From a virus (lineage: Duplodnaviria; Caudoviricetes): a stretch of DNA of 47,669 nucleotides. Position 1 is the first letter of the stretch. Each line of letters opens with the position of its first letter. A program made the translations under genes and the position numbers. Of this stretch, positions 27,560-37,289 are shown in pieces. The stretch lies in IMG/VR virus record IMGVR_UViG_3300011442_000014, positions 1 through 47,669 of that record; one strand, given 5' to 3'. The notes beneath the pieces are model-generated. The model searched no databases and was not told the DNA's origin. It was given only the letters and a program-made list of their open reading frames with translations.

Positions 27560-29780
27560 TGTCAGTCACCTCGCTGTAGGTCACGGTACAACGACAATTC
27601 GGCTCGGACGGAAAGTCCAGGCCATTCGAGAACACATCGTCGATAGCGACCGTCTCGCCTTCCATCGCAACGTGTTCATCTCGCTCGATATCATCGAGCA
27701 CTCCACTCCACGTCTTCGTGAAGACTCTTCCCGTCGAGCGACTCAGTTCTTTCAGCGACTCTGTTGGTGCGCCATTATACGCGCGCGTCGTTTCCGTGCG
27801 AGAAATTAATGACGCACGGGATGACGAGAATCCGGTCGCTTCACGGATCGTCTTGGCGATGGTCGATGTGGATGCGCCTTCGTCGAGTCCTCCTTGAATA
27901 ATGCGTGAGACGAGATCCTTCGTCGTGCCGGTTACGGATGAGATCAGTTGTCCGCTCTCGCGTGATGCGAAGGCCACGACATTCTTGTGCAAGAGTCCAA
28001 AGCTGATGTTCATATCGGCCGCAACGACCGCGGCTGATCGTTCAGATGCTTGGACGAGTAATGGCGTCGTCGCTTTGGCCCAGGCCGAACGCGATTCATT
28101 GCGGAGATATCCGTTCACTGCAGACAAGACCCGCTCTGATCCTCTCGACTTGAATGACATGGCGCGATTTTTCGTGTCAATCGGTTCAAGCAAATGCTCC
28201 ATGACGATTCGTGCAATGGCGTCTGCGTCGTGTTTGAGCAAGAGCGTTGTATGCGTCATCCAGGTATGGATCGCTTCTTGCCGAAGCGCTTGCTGAAGCG
28301 CAGGGGCTTTGAATTTGCGGACGAGTGTGAGCCGTTCCGTTTTCGCGTCCGCGGCATCTTGCGACGATGTGTCATCTTTGGCTGGATCTTGGCCATCAGC
28401 ACTCGTGCCTCCATCAGGTGGGGTCTTTCCGGCTTGTCCGGCCAAGATATCTGCGAGTGATGGCTGAGTCAGTTCTGGAATTTCATCCGCCTTCGGATCA
28501 TCAACAGGTTCAAGACCCATCTGCTTGCGTCGTTCGTTGAGCGATGCCGCACGACCCATCTGCACCGCGATAGACACAGCGATGGATTGATCGGCTTGCA
28601 GCGACGTGACCTTGCTATCATCGAAGCGAATGAAGTGAGTCGCGTCTTCGTCGACCAGACGCAGCATCTGTCTCGTCAAGATACGTTCGATCTTTCGCCA
28701 TGCAGGAATGATCGTATCATCATAGGCCATCCGACGCGCTTGTGCCATCTGTGACCACGGACTATTCTGCAGACCGACCTCGAACTGCAAGACAATCGCA
28801 GGAACACCGGAGATCGCTGCAACGACCGACTCGACACGATTCATCACTTCGTCAGGCACAAGATCTTTCACGGTCGATTGCAGCGGAACGAATTGACCTC
28901 CACCGAGCATGATGAACGGACGTCCTTTGTTTCCACTCTGCGCGTAGGCCTCGATATCTTGCTTGTACTCAGCAAGCACCTTTGGATCGGGATTCCAATC
29001 TTTGTCTGGGATGATCACAGCGGATGGCCAGATCGAATTGCCGAGCAGATCGTGAATCACTTTCGTCGCTTGCGCGCCTAACTTCAGCCACGACAAGGCC
29101 ACATCCAAGCGCGAGCGACCCATCGTCCACTCCCACGCTTGTCCGCTGAAGTCACGAAAGAACGCGCAGTCTTCCGCAGCGAATGTCTCTTGTCCGTTTC
29201 GCGTGTTGACACGGAACGAGGAGAAGAGTCGCGTTCCATCAGACTGTGGTTCGAACTGCCATCTGGAGAATGGCGTGATACGAGCGACCGTGCCGACTTT
29301 GTCTGTATCGAAAACCCAGAGCGCGGCACCCGAATCATCGAGGAAGTGCGACGTGCATTCCAACAACTCGCCCATGTCGTAATCTGGTGATGGCTCGTCG
29401 AGCACTCTCGCAAGTTCGTGATCGGAGATCCATTCATCAGCACCGTCGTCTTGATTCTCTTCAACGACCATGAGCGGCGCTTCGGCGATCTTCTGCGCAC
29501 GCCATCGCGTCGCGACATACCAATACGCAACGAACGCGAGTGTCGTCTGGCCGGACATCGTCGATCCGGTGATATCGATCGACGTGCGTCCTCCGTCTGG
29601 CGAGAAGAAGACAATGTTGTTTCCGTACGCGCCTTTCGGCAAGAGCGAGAGCGATGATGCTTTCTCTTCCATCAGACGCTTCGGTGCTGACTCCGGTGCA
29701 TCGTGTATAGGAGCCGTCAGTGCTTTCGTCTCCGGAGTGACGAGTGCGCTGAGCACGCGACGCACTAGTGACGGAGCCAT
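27552..29780 (-). CDS. Portal protein fused to a Mu gpF-like (MuF) head morphogenesis domain
   Basis: HK97-like portal N-terminus, low-complexity linker, then RASLISRTETTRAYN, KTW....D..RDEH and EPNCRC MuF motifs. Confidence 0.88.
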   Translation of the reverse strand: MAPSLVRRVLSALVTPETKALTAPIHDAPESAPKRLMEEKASSLSLLPKGAYGNNIVFFSPDGGRTSIDITGSTMSGQTTLAFVAYWYVATRWRAQKIAEAPLMVVEENQDDGADEWISDHELARVLDEPSPDYDMGELLECTSHFLDDSGAALWVFDTDKVGTVARITPFSRWQFEPQSDGTRLFSSFRVNTRNGQETFAAEDCAFFRDFSGQAWEWTMGRSRLDVALSWLKLGAQATKVIHDLLGNSIWPSAVIIPDKDWNPDPKVLAEYKQDIEAYAQSGNKGRPFIMLGGGQFVPLQSTVKDLVPDEVMNRVESVVAAISGVPAIVLQFEVGLQNSPWSQMAQARRMAYDDTIIPAWRKIERILTRQMLRLVDEDATHFIRFDDSKVTSLQADQSIAVSIAVQMGRAASLNERRKQMGLEPVDDPKADEIPELTQPSLADILAGQAGKTPPDGGTSADGQDPAKDDTSSQDAADAKTERLTLVRKFKAPALQQALRQEAIHTWMTHTTLLLKHDADAIARIVMEHLLEPIDTKNRAMSFKSRGSERVLSAVNGYLRNESRSAWAKATTPLLVQASERSAAVVAADMNISFGLLHKNVVAFASRESGQLISSVTGTTKDLVSRIIQGGLDEGASTSTIAKTIREATGFSSSRASLISRTETTRAYNGAPTESLKELSRSTGRVFTKTWSGVLDDIERDEHVAMEGETVAIDDVFSNGLDFPSEPNCRCTVTYSEVTDNE

Positions 29781-29799
29781 GTCCACCTCAGGAGTCGTG

Positions 29800-31314
29800 T
29801 CATCGGTTCAAGTCTCTCATGCGAAGAGGTGTGTTCTTCGGTGGATGTCCATTGCCGTTCCCGTGCCCGTTGCCATTTGTGATCTCACGGACGCGTTCTT
29901 GAATCACTTGTGTCGGTACTGATAGAGTCGGTGCAACGACCATATTCTCATCGTATCCGCAATGCAGACATTCGCCATCGTCGGGGAGCAACGACTCACA
30001 TTGGGGACACGTGCGGACTTTCTCGGCACCGATGAAGATGAATCCCGCACGGACACGCGGTTTGATCATCAGTTCGAGCGCATAGCGCAAGGCGTCCATC
30101 AAATGATTGTGCTTATCGACGACGATCGGAAGGACATCGCCAGATTGTGGATCGATCTTGTAGCTCCACAGTTTGCACTCGTCTCGTGTATGAATACAAC
30201 GAGGGTGCACGACGATCTGTTCGTACGAGCGGAGATGTGCTATCCCGTCTTCGACGGAGCCCGGTCCTTTCTTTGCGCCCTCGATGCGCGGAATTCCGTG
30301 ACGACGGATATAGCTGATGGAATCTGGACGAGCAGAGTCTGCACGAACAATGTACGACCCAATCTCCGGGATGATGCCATTGATCGCTGCTGGAGCTGCG
30401 TCGATATCGAGTCCATGCGCATAGACTTCGTTTTCAATAAAGAGCACGCGGCCTTTGATCCACGCTTTAATCGTTGTGAATGGATCAGCACCGAACCCGA
30501 AATCCATTCCGTAGTAAGGCCCGTTCCATGCATCGTCGATCGGATATCCGTCTTCATCCAATTCCACGGTGAATTCTCGGACACTCCATTTGTCCTTGAG
30601 AATCTGTGCCGCAGAATGTTTCCGGATGTTTCCACCCCAGACATGATCCGCGGCCTCTGAATCCGTTTCGTACATGTAGTCTTTCTCATCACGCAACTCC
30701 TTCGTCAGCCACGGATTATCTTCCCAACCGACTTTCACCTTCCACGTATCGGTCGGACTCTTGAGAATGAATCTCGTGTAGGTCGCATCGGTCTCGGCGT
30801 CTGGGTTGAATGTGACCCAGATTTCTGATCCTTCCTTACGGATTGTGGGAATGAGCACCGACCACGATTCTTTCGTGATGCGCTCAGCCTCTTCCACCCA
30901 ACAGATGTCGACACCTTCTAACGACTTGATCGTGTGTGCGTTGTGACGGATCCCCATGAAGATGAACAACGATCCATTCACATGACGGATCTCACGATCG
31001 GTCACAATGAATCCAGGCAACTTCATGAGATCAATCTGATCGCGCAAGAGTTGATGCACAGAGTCGCGCAGAGACGACTGCATCTCTCTCGCACACAGGA
31101 CGCGAATCTTCTTCTGTCCCGCTTTCAGCAAGAGCGCGCGTGCGACCGTCCATGATCGTGCACCGCCGCGACCTCCCCACAGAATCTTGTAGCGATGCGG
31201 ACGCCAGAGTTCGATCGAATATGACGGAAGTTGAATCGCACCTTCGATCACCATCGCACGTTCTGCGATCCGCAGATCAGTTCGTGTTCGTTTCCGGCGC
31301 TGACTCTGGGTCAT
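29800..31314 (-). CDS. terL: Terminase large subunit (PBSX-like) with C-terminal Zn-ribbon extension
   Basis: GGRGGARS, WVEEAE, PTIRK.GSEIW.TFNP, GMDFG and NHLMDALRYA, plus a CPQC..CLHC tail. Confidence 0.95.
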   Translation of the reverse strand: MTQSQRRKRTRTDLRIAERAMVIEGAIQLPSYSIELWRPHRYKILWGGRGGARSWTVARALLLKAGQKKIRVLCAREMQSSLRDSVHQLLRDQIDLMKLPGFIVTDREIRHVNGSLFIFMGIRHNAHTIKSLEGVDICWVEEAERITKESWSVLIPTIRKEGSEIWVTFNPDAETDATYTRFILKSPTDTWKVKVGWEDNPWLTKELRDEKDYMYETDSEAADHVWGGNIRKHSAAQILKDKWSVREFTVELDEDGYPIDDAWNGPYYGMDFGFGADPFTTIKAWIKGRVLFIENEVYAHGLDIDAAPAAINGIIPEIGSYIVRADSARPDSISYIRRHGIPRIEGAKKGPGSVEDGIAHLRSYEQIVVHPRCIHTRDECKLWSYKIDPQSGDVLPIVVDKHNHLMDALRYALELMIKPRVRAGFIFIGAEKVRTCPQCESLLPDDGECLHCGYDENMVVAPTLSVPTQVIQERVREITNGNGHGNGNGHPPKNTPLRMRDLNR

Positions 31315-31475
31315 GGGATCACTCCGCAGAAGGGAGGAATATGATCGGGTGTCCCATGCCAGAGTCGATGCGACCAGAACGTATTCAGAACGACCATCGC
31401 GCGATAGAATCGTAGATCAGTGAATGAAATGAATCGATGGGCCACCGACGCCGAGTGTAAGAGATCGATTCTCAT
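31311..31475 (-). CDS. 54-aa hypothetical protein between terS and terL (not in the ORF track)
   Basis: MRIDLLHSASVAHRF...PPFCGVIP. ATGA overlaps with both the terS stop and the terL start. Confidence 0.55.
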   Translation of the reverse strand: MRIDLLHSASVAHRFISFTDLRFYRAMVVLNTFWSHRLWHGTPDHIPPFCGVIP

Positions 31476-32158
31476 ATAACGACCACCTTTCCGTCTGGTC
31501 CGATGAACTGGACGAGTACCGGACGTGGAGCGCCGGATCCATCGCCATCAGACGGTCCGCCGAGCGCGAGCGCAGATTTCGGTCCGTACTCCGCAGGATT
31601 CGATGTTCCCGCGAGCCACTTCGCTGCTTCGATCTGCAACTTGTTTCTTGTCATGACGATCTTATCCCGCTCGCGCAGATCCCCGAGCACAGATTCTAAG
31701 ATCATCTTTCCGTGGAGCATCGACTTCTGTCGCGAGATCTTTGTGATTGCGCGCTGAATGATCTTCTGTGTTTCTCGCAAATGCTTCCGTGTGATCGCAT
31801 CGCGTCCTTCTGCGATCGTTTGAACGGAATCGGCGAGTGCACGACCTTGAAGGATCTTTGCGCGTTTGTATTCTTCACGGAACGGCGCATGGCGTTTGAG
31901 ATCGACCAGATGCCAGAATTCCGCTTCCTGCCAATGCAGTTCGCGGATTGCGTCTCCCACCGTCGATCCTCCAATCATTCTCCAGAAGACATATCGCATC
32001 TTCTTGATCGGATGCCACTTCGGAATGGATTTATTCTGCCAGCGCATGAAGTGTGCATAGACTGTGGATGCGTTCAGTCCCATCTGCGCTGCTGACGCAG
32101 GAGGTTTCCCCCGCTGCGTCGGCTTGACCTTCTTGCCCGCACCGTTCTTGCTGGCCAC
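31472..32158 (-). CDS. terS: Terminase small subunit
   Basis: F.EEY.RAK....LAD....IA and KLQIEAAKWLA....P.EYG motifs. First gene of the late operon. Confidence 0.75.
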   Translation of the reverse strand: MASKNGAGKKVKPTQRGKPPASAAQMGLNASTVYAHFMRWQNKSIPKWHPIKKMRYVFWRMIGGSTVGDAIRELHWQEAEFWHLVDLKRHAPFREEYKRAKILQGRALADSVQTIAEGRDAITRKHLRETQKIIQRAITKISRQKSMLHGKMILESVLGDLRERDKIVMTRNKLQIEAAKWLAGTSNPAEYGPKSALALGGPSDGDGSGAPRPVLVQFIGPDGKVVVI

Positions 32159-32212
32159 GTTACGCGTTCATGTTTTGGACCCATCCCAGAGGGGCAGACT
32201 TCGCGCACGTTC

Positions 32213-32241
32213 AATATAGCCATCCCATGGGACAAGCGCAA
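32213..32241 (-). promoter_or_regulatory. Sigma70-like promoter for the terminase/virion operon
   Basis: Minus strand TTGCGC-N17-TATATT, about 55 nt upstream of the terS start. Confidence 0.55.
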
Positions 32242-32342
32242 GGAGCTACTCCAGCTCGCTTGATTTAAGCGGACTCATCAACAAAAATACCCGAAAACCG
32301 GACCTGGCTAAATAGTAGCTATAGGGGTGTTCTGTATAGCTT

Positions 32343-32351
32343 TGATATAAT
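32343..32351 (+). promoter_or_regulatory. Extended -10 promoter element (TGnTATAAT)
   Basis: tgatataat in the divergent intergenic region, facing the rightward operon. Confidence 0.4.
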
Positions 32352-32810
32352 GATGTTAGAGTACTATAGGGGAATCAGCCCCGTAATATAGACATAGTTC
32401 AGTAGCACAACAGAACACTGCCTAGGGGGACTCTGCACACTCCGTAGAATCTCGCCCCAACAATCTAGAAACGACGATTTCCCCTATGGGAAACGGGGCA
32501 GATACCGGGGCAGATTCCCAGTGATAAAAGAATCGCATCCGCGAACGCACGGTTTTCGCCCATGGCCCACCGTAGCAGATATCCCCACAGTCACACCGTC
32601 ATATCCAATCTATTTCTTAGGGTTCGTTAATCATTTTTCCGTAGCATCTACACCCAGAGCAAATCTCCACCATGCTACCCGTATTCGCCCCACCCTGCCT
32701 CGTAAGTGCCATATTCCCCAGGCAGTTAGCCTCTACTAGCGGTTTGCCGCCATACCATGTAGTATTCCAGGCGACCGCAACCCCACCCCAGAAAAGACCA
32801 GAGGCACACG

Positions 32811-33362
32811 ATGCAACAACCGATCGTCATTCCATCGAAACTATCTGATGATCGCGCGGTTCGAAATTTAATTACGCAGTGGCGGAACTGTTGTATGAGA
32901 TTTCGTATCTGCTGCGCGCGCGTCAATTGGAATACGACGAAGAACGCCAGTGAGATCGAGAAGAAGCGTCGCAAAGAAAAGTGGGAACTCGTCTCACGAA
33001 TTCTCGAGATCGAGCGGACGATCATTCTGTGGTGTGCGAAAGCGACGCATCATCCCGATATCTGGACATCGAAGAACCCAGACACACCACGATCACGATT
33101 GCACCATCTGCAGCGGGAATACTACACCAATCATCGTCAATCTTTACAATGCACTGGAGACGCACGAAAGAAAAAGAGACAGACGCGCAGCATCATCGTG
33201 CTCGAGATCCGCGCCATTGAATATTCGTGGATGCGCGCGGTGTTCACCGCAGTCTATCCAGAGCTCGGACCGCCGAACGCGATTCTCATGCATCCGACAG
33301 AACTTCGTCCACGGAAGCTCAAGAAGGCGACGGAACGACTCAAACACGAGTTCGCGCCATGA
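32811..33362 (+). CDS. Hypothetical basic protein
   Basis: 183 aa ORF with a GAGG SD. ATGA overlap with the next gene. Confidence 0.6.
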   Translation: MQQPIVIPSKLSDDRAVRNLITQWRNCCMRFRICCARVNWNTTKNASEIEKKRRKEKWELVSRILEIERTIILWCAKATHHPDIWTSKNPDTPRSRLHHLQREYYTNHRQSLQCTGDARKKKRQTRSIIVLEIRAIEYSWMRAVFTAVYPELGPPNAILMHPTELRPRKLKKATERLKHEFAP

Positions 33363-33670
33363 TCGTTCAGCTCATCGCCTTTGGCGTCGATATTCCAATG
33401 CTCGATGATCCGTTCTTGACGCAGGCAGATCCCCTGCTCAGCACGATACAGATTCGAGTGCAGATTCCATGTGCGGCGTCGTGGTCGCCAGGAGCATTCC
33501 AGAAAGTTCAGATCGCTGTCTTTCAGAAAGACGTCACGCGGTCCGACACGAATCATTTCGTGTTCCGTCTCAGAAACGCGCCACCACCAGACTGGTCGTG
33601 GGTCATCCATCGCGGGATCATCTCCGGCATTCCAACCGCCATGCTCTACCGAGGACTCTCATGCACGTAA
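33359..33670 (+). CDS. Hypothetical protein
   Basis: Coupled start MIVQLIAFG fills the gap before the thymidylate synthase homologue. Confidence 0.55.
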   Translation: MIVQLIAFGVDIPMLDDPFLTQADPLLSTIQIRVQIPCAASWSPGAFQKVQIAVFQKDVTRSDTNHFVFRLRNAPPPDWSWVIHRGIISGIPTAMLYRGLSCT

Positions 33671-34758
33671 TTCATGCCAACAACGTCAACGATGCGTACA
33701 TCCAGGGTCTATCATACATGGCGGATCATGGACTCATCACTCCATCGCGCAATGGTCCCGTGCTCCGCATTCCGCATCCCGTCGCGACAGTCTATCGATA
33801 TCCAACACAGCGAGTCTTGTTCAACACACAACGCGACGCCAATCCGTTCTTTCATCTGTTCGAAGCCCTGTGGATGGTGAACGGGCAGAACGATGTCGCG
33901 ACACTCCGCCAGTTCAATCGGACATTCGGCCAGTTCTCCGACGATGGAATCACATTCCATGGCGCGTACGGCTATCGCTGGCGACATTGGGGAGCGCGGC
34001 CACTTCCGCCAGATGTCATCCATCCCCTGGGACAATCCGTTGGAATGGATCAGCTGGCCAAGATCATCACCATGCTCCAACGCGATCCCTCATCACGTCG
34101 CGCGGTGATTGGCATGTGGGATCCAGCGCGTGATCTCGATACGACCAGCGGAGACATTCCATGTAACGACCTGATCAAACTATCAATTCATTTGAATCGT
34201 CTCGACATGCAAGTCTACAATCGCAGCAACGACATCGTGTGGGGATGTTACGGAGCGAACGCGGTCCACATGTCGTTCCTGCAGGAATACATCGCGGCCA
34301 TGGTTGGCATCCCCGTCGGAACCTACACGCAGATCAGCGGCGACTATCATGCCTACGTCGAGACGCCATATCGCTGGAAGAAATATTATCCGATACACGA
34401 TGTCACGAATGCATACGAGTACGAGCACACGACGTATCCGCTCGTGCACGCGCCAGTAGTCTTCGATAACGAACTCGCCAAGGTGATGTCGTTCGTGGCC
34501 GACGGATCATTGGCCGATCGTACACTCTGCGACTATCAGAATTTCTTTTTCGTGTATGTCGTACGACCGATGTATCGCGCGCATCGACACTACACGAACG
34601 GGAATATTCCGACAGCACTCACAATCCTTGCCGAGGCGAACGTGCTTAAGCCCGGCGCCACCGAATCACGCACGTTCCATCCGTCGAACGACTGGCTCTC
34701 GGCAGGAATTGCCTGGCTCAAACGTCGTGCTGAACGGAGGCCACATGTCTCGGCATGA
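33661..34758 (+). CDS. Thymidylate synthase homologue, probable dUMP hydroxymethyltransferase
   Basis: RDANPFFHLFEALWM, FSDDG..FHGAYGYRWR, SRRAVIGMWDP, catalytic DIPCN and NRSNDIVWGCYGANAVH (Asn at the dUMP/dCMP specificity position). GAGGA SD before ATG 33661. Confidence 0.85.
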   Translation: MHVIHANNVNDAYIQGLSYMADHGLITPSRNGPVLRIPHPVATVYRYPTQRVLFNTQRDANPFFHLFEALWMVNGQNDVATLRQFNRTFGQFSDDGITFHGAYGYRWRHWGARPLPPDVIHPLGQSVGMDQLAKIITMLQRDPSSRRAVIGMWDPARDLDTTSGDIPCNDLIKLSIHLNRLDMQVYNRSNDIVWGCYGANAVHMSFLQEYIAAMVGIPVGTYTQISGDYHAYVETPYRWKKYYPIHDVTNAYEYEHTTYPLVHAPVVFDNELAKVMSFVADGSLADRTLCDYQNFFFVYVVRPMYRAHRHYTNGNIPTALTILAEANVLKPGATESRTFHPSNDWLSAGIAWLKRRAERRPHVSA

Positions 34759-35209
34759 ACGGATCAACACATCGCGGCTCTGTCCCATGTGTCGCGGATC
34801 GAAATCGCTGAACGGACGGCGCTGCGAGATGTGTCATGGCGATGGACAAATCAGTCTCATCGCAGCATACGACACAAAACTCGACGCGCCAACGATCGAT
34901 GCCTCTGAAGCATCGTTGGTGAATCGTATCCTCCATCCTGACGAACCGCTGACGACCATTCGTCGCTCTACCATCGCGATCGCCTGGGCGGAATACGAAC
35001 GTGCCACGTTAGATCCGATTCGTGCAGGGCCAATCCAGCGATCAGAGATGCGACGCGCATGGTACACGGGCATCGCATGGTTGATGGATATGTTCTCGTA
35101 TACGCTGGACGATGGGGATGAACCGACGGAGAACGATCTCGCCTATCTCGATGAGGTCTCGAAAGAACTCTCGGCGTTTGGCGAAGCGATCAAGCGAGGA
35201 ACAGCATGA
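34745..35209 (+). CDS. Hypothetical protein with an N-terminal DnaJ-type CxxCxGxG zinc finger
   Basis: CPMCRGSK....CEMCHGDG. GGAGG SD. Confidence 0.65.
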   Translation: MSRHERINTSRLCPMCRGSKSLNGRRCEMCHGDGQISLIAAYDTKLDAPTIDASEASLVNRILHPDEPLTTIRRSTIAIAWAEYERATLDPIRAGPIQRSEMRRAWYTGIAWLMDMFSYTLDDGDEPTENDLAYLDEVSKELSAFGEAIKRGTA

Positions 35210-35484
35210 AACAGATCATGGATCTCGTGACGGGAGAACGACCGCTGCGCGTCTGCGGAATTCCGGTGTATCTCGATGAATCCGGAATGATTGAGCAAGC
35301 GGCGATCATCATTTCTCCAGAAATCCTTGAAGATATGATGCGTAGTCAGGTCGTCTGGTGGCCATTACACACACAGATAGATGCAGCAAAGGTATTGCAT
35401 CTCGAAAAGACTGGCGAGCCAGTTGACGACGATCAGCATGCCATTGATCTCGTGATCCGCAATTCACCGGAGGACTACGACTAA
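35206..35484 (+). CDS. Hypothetical protein
   Basis: ATGA-coupled 92 aa ORF with a GAGGA SD. Confidence 0.6.
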   Translation: MKQIMDLVTGERPLRVCGIPVYLDESGMIEQAAIIISPEILEDMMRSQVVWWPLHTQIDAAKVLHLEKTGEPVDDDQHAIDLVIRNSPEDYD

Positions 35485-35487
35485 TCT

Positions 35488-35703
35488 GTGGACTATGCCG
35501 CCGAACGTGCCATCCAGATTCTAGTCATCGATCTTGTTCGACGCGCAGGAGTCAGCGCACAACGTATTCGAGTCGTCATTGAAGTTGAGTCGAATGATAT
35601 CGCTGCTCGTACGATTTCGAAAGTCGGTACAGGGTCCTGGAAGTATGGGGCTGAAATCATTGAAACTGAAATCGTCATCAAAGTCTTTCCGGGAGCAGTA
35701 TGA
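35488..35703 (+). CDS. Hypothetical protein
   Basis: GGAGG SD and GTG start, packed in the operon. Confidence 0.55.
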   Translation: MDYAAERAIQILVIDLVRRAGVSAQRIRVVIEVESNDIAARTISKVGTGSWKYGAEIIETEIVIKVFPGAV

Positions 35704-36125
35704 GCGAACACTTTATGAAGGTCTGCAAAGTCTGTCGCTCGGTGTACGCGTTCGCTATCGGAGAAGGGAACGTGCTCGCTGCATGCAATCGATTGCGGAA
35801 CACACGGGAACAGGGACAAATCGTTTGCTCGGGTCGACTCGACGCGATTCAACATGTTCGCACAAAAGATCCCGCATTCCTTTCGATCGAAATGCCATGC
35901 ATCACCCTGCCGAATGGCGAATGCGTCAGTCCATTTGATTGTGTGCATGGCCCACCACTCACGTCAGCAGAATTCCAAAGCGTGCTCGATAACGATATAC
36001 GCGATTTTATTCGTCCGTACAAAGAAGTGATCCGCAAGTTTCTGAAAGCATCGCAAGGGACATACGCACTCACTGCAATCGATATCACCGTCGCTCGCGA
36101 CCTCATAGACGATTCCGGAGTATGA
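35700..36125 (+). CDS. Hypothetical Cys-rich protein
   Basis: ATGA-coupled, with CKVC and further Cys residues. Confidence 0.55.
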   Translation: MSEHFMKVCKVCRSVYAFAIGEGNVLAACNRLRNTREQGQIVCSGRLDAIQHVRTKDPAFLSIEMPCITLPNGECVSPFDCVHGPPLTSAEFQSVLDNDIRDFIRPYKEVIRKFLKASQGTYALTAIDITVARDLIDDSGV

Positions 36126-36622
36126 CACATCCAGCGAAGTCTCTCATGAATTTGATCAGCGAGCATTTCGAAACAGAATGGGGATTCTCAGGAACTCGCG
36201 CGGGGATGTCACACACACAGTACGAAATTATTCGTGTCTGTTTGTCTATCGGGAAACCTGCTATCGTTCGGCACGGAGGCGCGTATGGATCGGATACAGA
36301 ATTCCACGCACTCTGGCGAGAAGAATGTCCATTGCGATTTGCTGATATCTGGCCGGCGGATCAATCGAGAGTCAAACTATTTGATGGCCAAGATCATGTC
36401 GCGATGAATTCAGTACGTCCGCCACTCACACGCAATGAAGAGATCGTCAAGCGCTCAACGTTTCTCATCGCAGCGCCGCATTCTCAAAAAGAAGAACTCC
36501 GCTCTGGCACGTGGACCACTGTACGCATGGCGCGACGGATCCATGTTCCAGTACTGATTGTTTGGCCGAATGGCGTCATGACATTGGATCACGAGAAATT
36601 CTTGACGCGGATTTATCGATGA
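36122..36622 (+). CDS. SLOG-superfamily (DprA/YspA-like) nucleotide-binding protein
   Basis: GFSGTR.GM, HGGAYGSD, RNEEIV....LIA.P and SGTWTTVRMA. Confidence 0.75.
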   Translation: MTHPAKSLMNLISEHFETEWGFSGTRAGMSHTQYEIIRVCLSIGKPAIVRHGGAYGSDTEFHALWREECPLRFADIWPADQSRVKLFDGQDHVAMNSVRPPLTRNEEIVKRSTFLIAAPHSQKEELRSGTWTTVRMARRIHVPVLIVWPNGVMTLDHEKFLTRIYR

Positions 36623-36855
36623 GTATATCCTACGGGGTCAAGTCGCTATCGCCAGGAACACGGAGTCTCTTACTTCGCTTCGAGCAAGCGGTCCGTCAAC
36701 TCGAAGACGCACGTCACCACGGACTCATAGACATTACCATGGAAAAGGAGGATGGCTACGTTCGAGCAAAGAAAGCGATAGTTCGACGACTGCGCAGATT
36801 AGAAGGGACTTTACCCTATGATATGCGCGGTCGGACAGGCAAGGAGAACCAATGA
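36619..36855 (+). CDS. Hypothetical protein
   Basis: ATGA-coupled ORF starting MSISYGVK. Confidence 0.5.
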   Translation: MSISYGVKSLSPGTRSLLLRFEQAVRQLEDARHHGLIDITMEKEDGYVRAKKAIVRRLRRLEGTLPYDMRGRTGKENQ

Positions 36856-37289
36856 CCATTGTTGCGAATCCCCGCATGCCCGAGATTCTCGAATCATTGT
36901 CGAGACTCGATGCACTCACCGCGCGACAGCAAAGCATGCTTGTTATGTCGCGACTGCTCCAGGAGATGTTCATGGTTGACGAAAAAGAAGTGAGAGATGA
37001 AATCACGCATTTGCGTGGGATCATCATCGCAGATCAGAGCACCGATCAAGAAGCGATCAATTTGCTCGTCGCCGTTCGTGGCGCGTTAATGCAGAAAGTC
37101 GCAGAACTCCAAGCGCAGATCGATGCGGGTATTCCGCCGACTGTCGACTTCGCTGGGATCCTTTCAGATCTCCAGAGCATCGAAGCGCTCGTTGTTCCCG
37201 TCGTTGTTCCGCCGGGCGATGCTCAGATTCCGCCGGGAGAAACTCCGGTCGGTGAAGAACCGGGAACTGCGACGTTCAAAGCCCCATGA
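36852..37289 (+). CDS. Coiled-coil protein with a Pro-rich tail
   Basis: AAGGAG SD, heptad-like helix and PPG repeats. Confidence 0.6.
   Translation: MTIVANPRMPEILESLSRLDALTARQQSMLVMSRLLQEMFMVDEKEVRDEITHLRGIIIADQSTDQEAINLLVAVRGALMQKVAELQAQIDAGIPPTVDFAGILSDLQSIEALVVPVVVPPGDAQIPPGETPVGEEPGTATFKAP

Noticed and set aside
25721-30660. Long plus-strand ORFs antisense to capsid, portal and terminase
   Set aside because: Antisense shadows typical of GC-rich coding sequence, with no SDs or motifs.
33469-33660. 64-aa N-terminal extension of the TS homologue given in the ORF track
   Set aside because: It overlaps the upstream gene. The SD and family-like start fit ATG 33661.
33661-34758. dCMP hydroxymethylase (T4-like glucosyl-hmC pathway) or ordinary ThyA
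   Set aside because: The specificity position appears to be Asn (GAN) rather than Asp, and the 5-hmdU-kinase-type gene is nearby. Disfavoured by eye alignment, not excluded.
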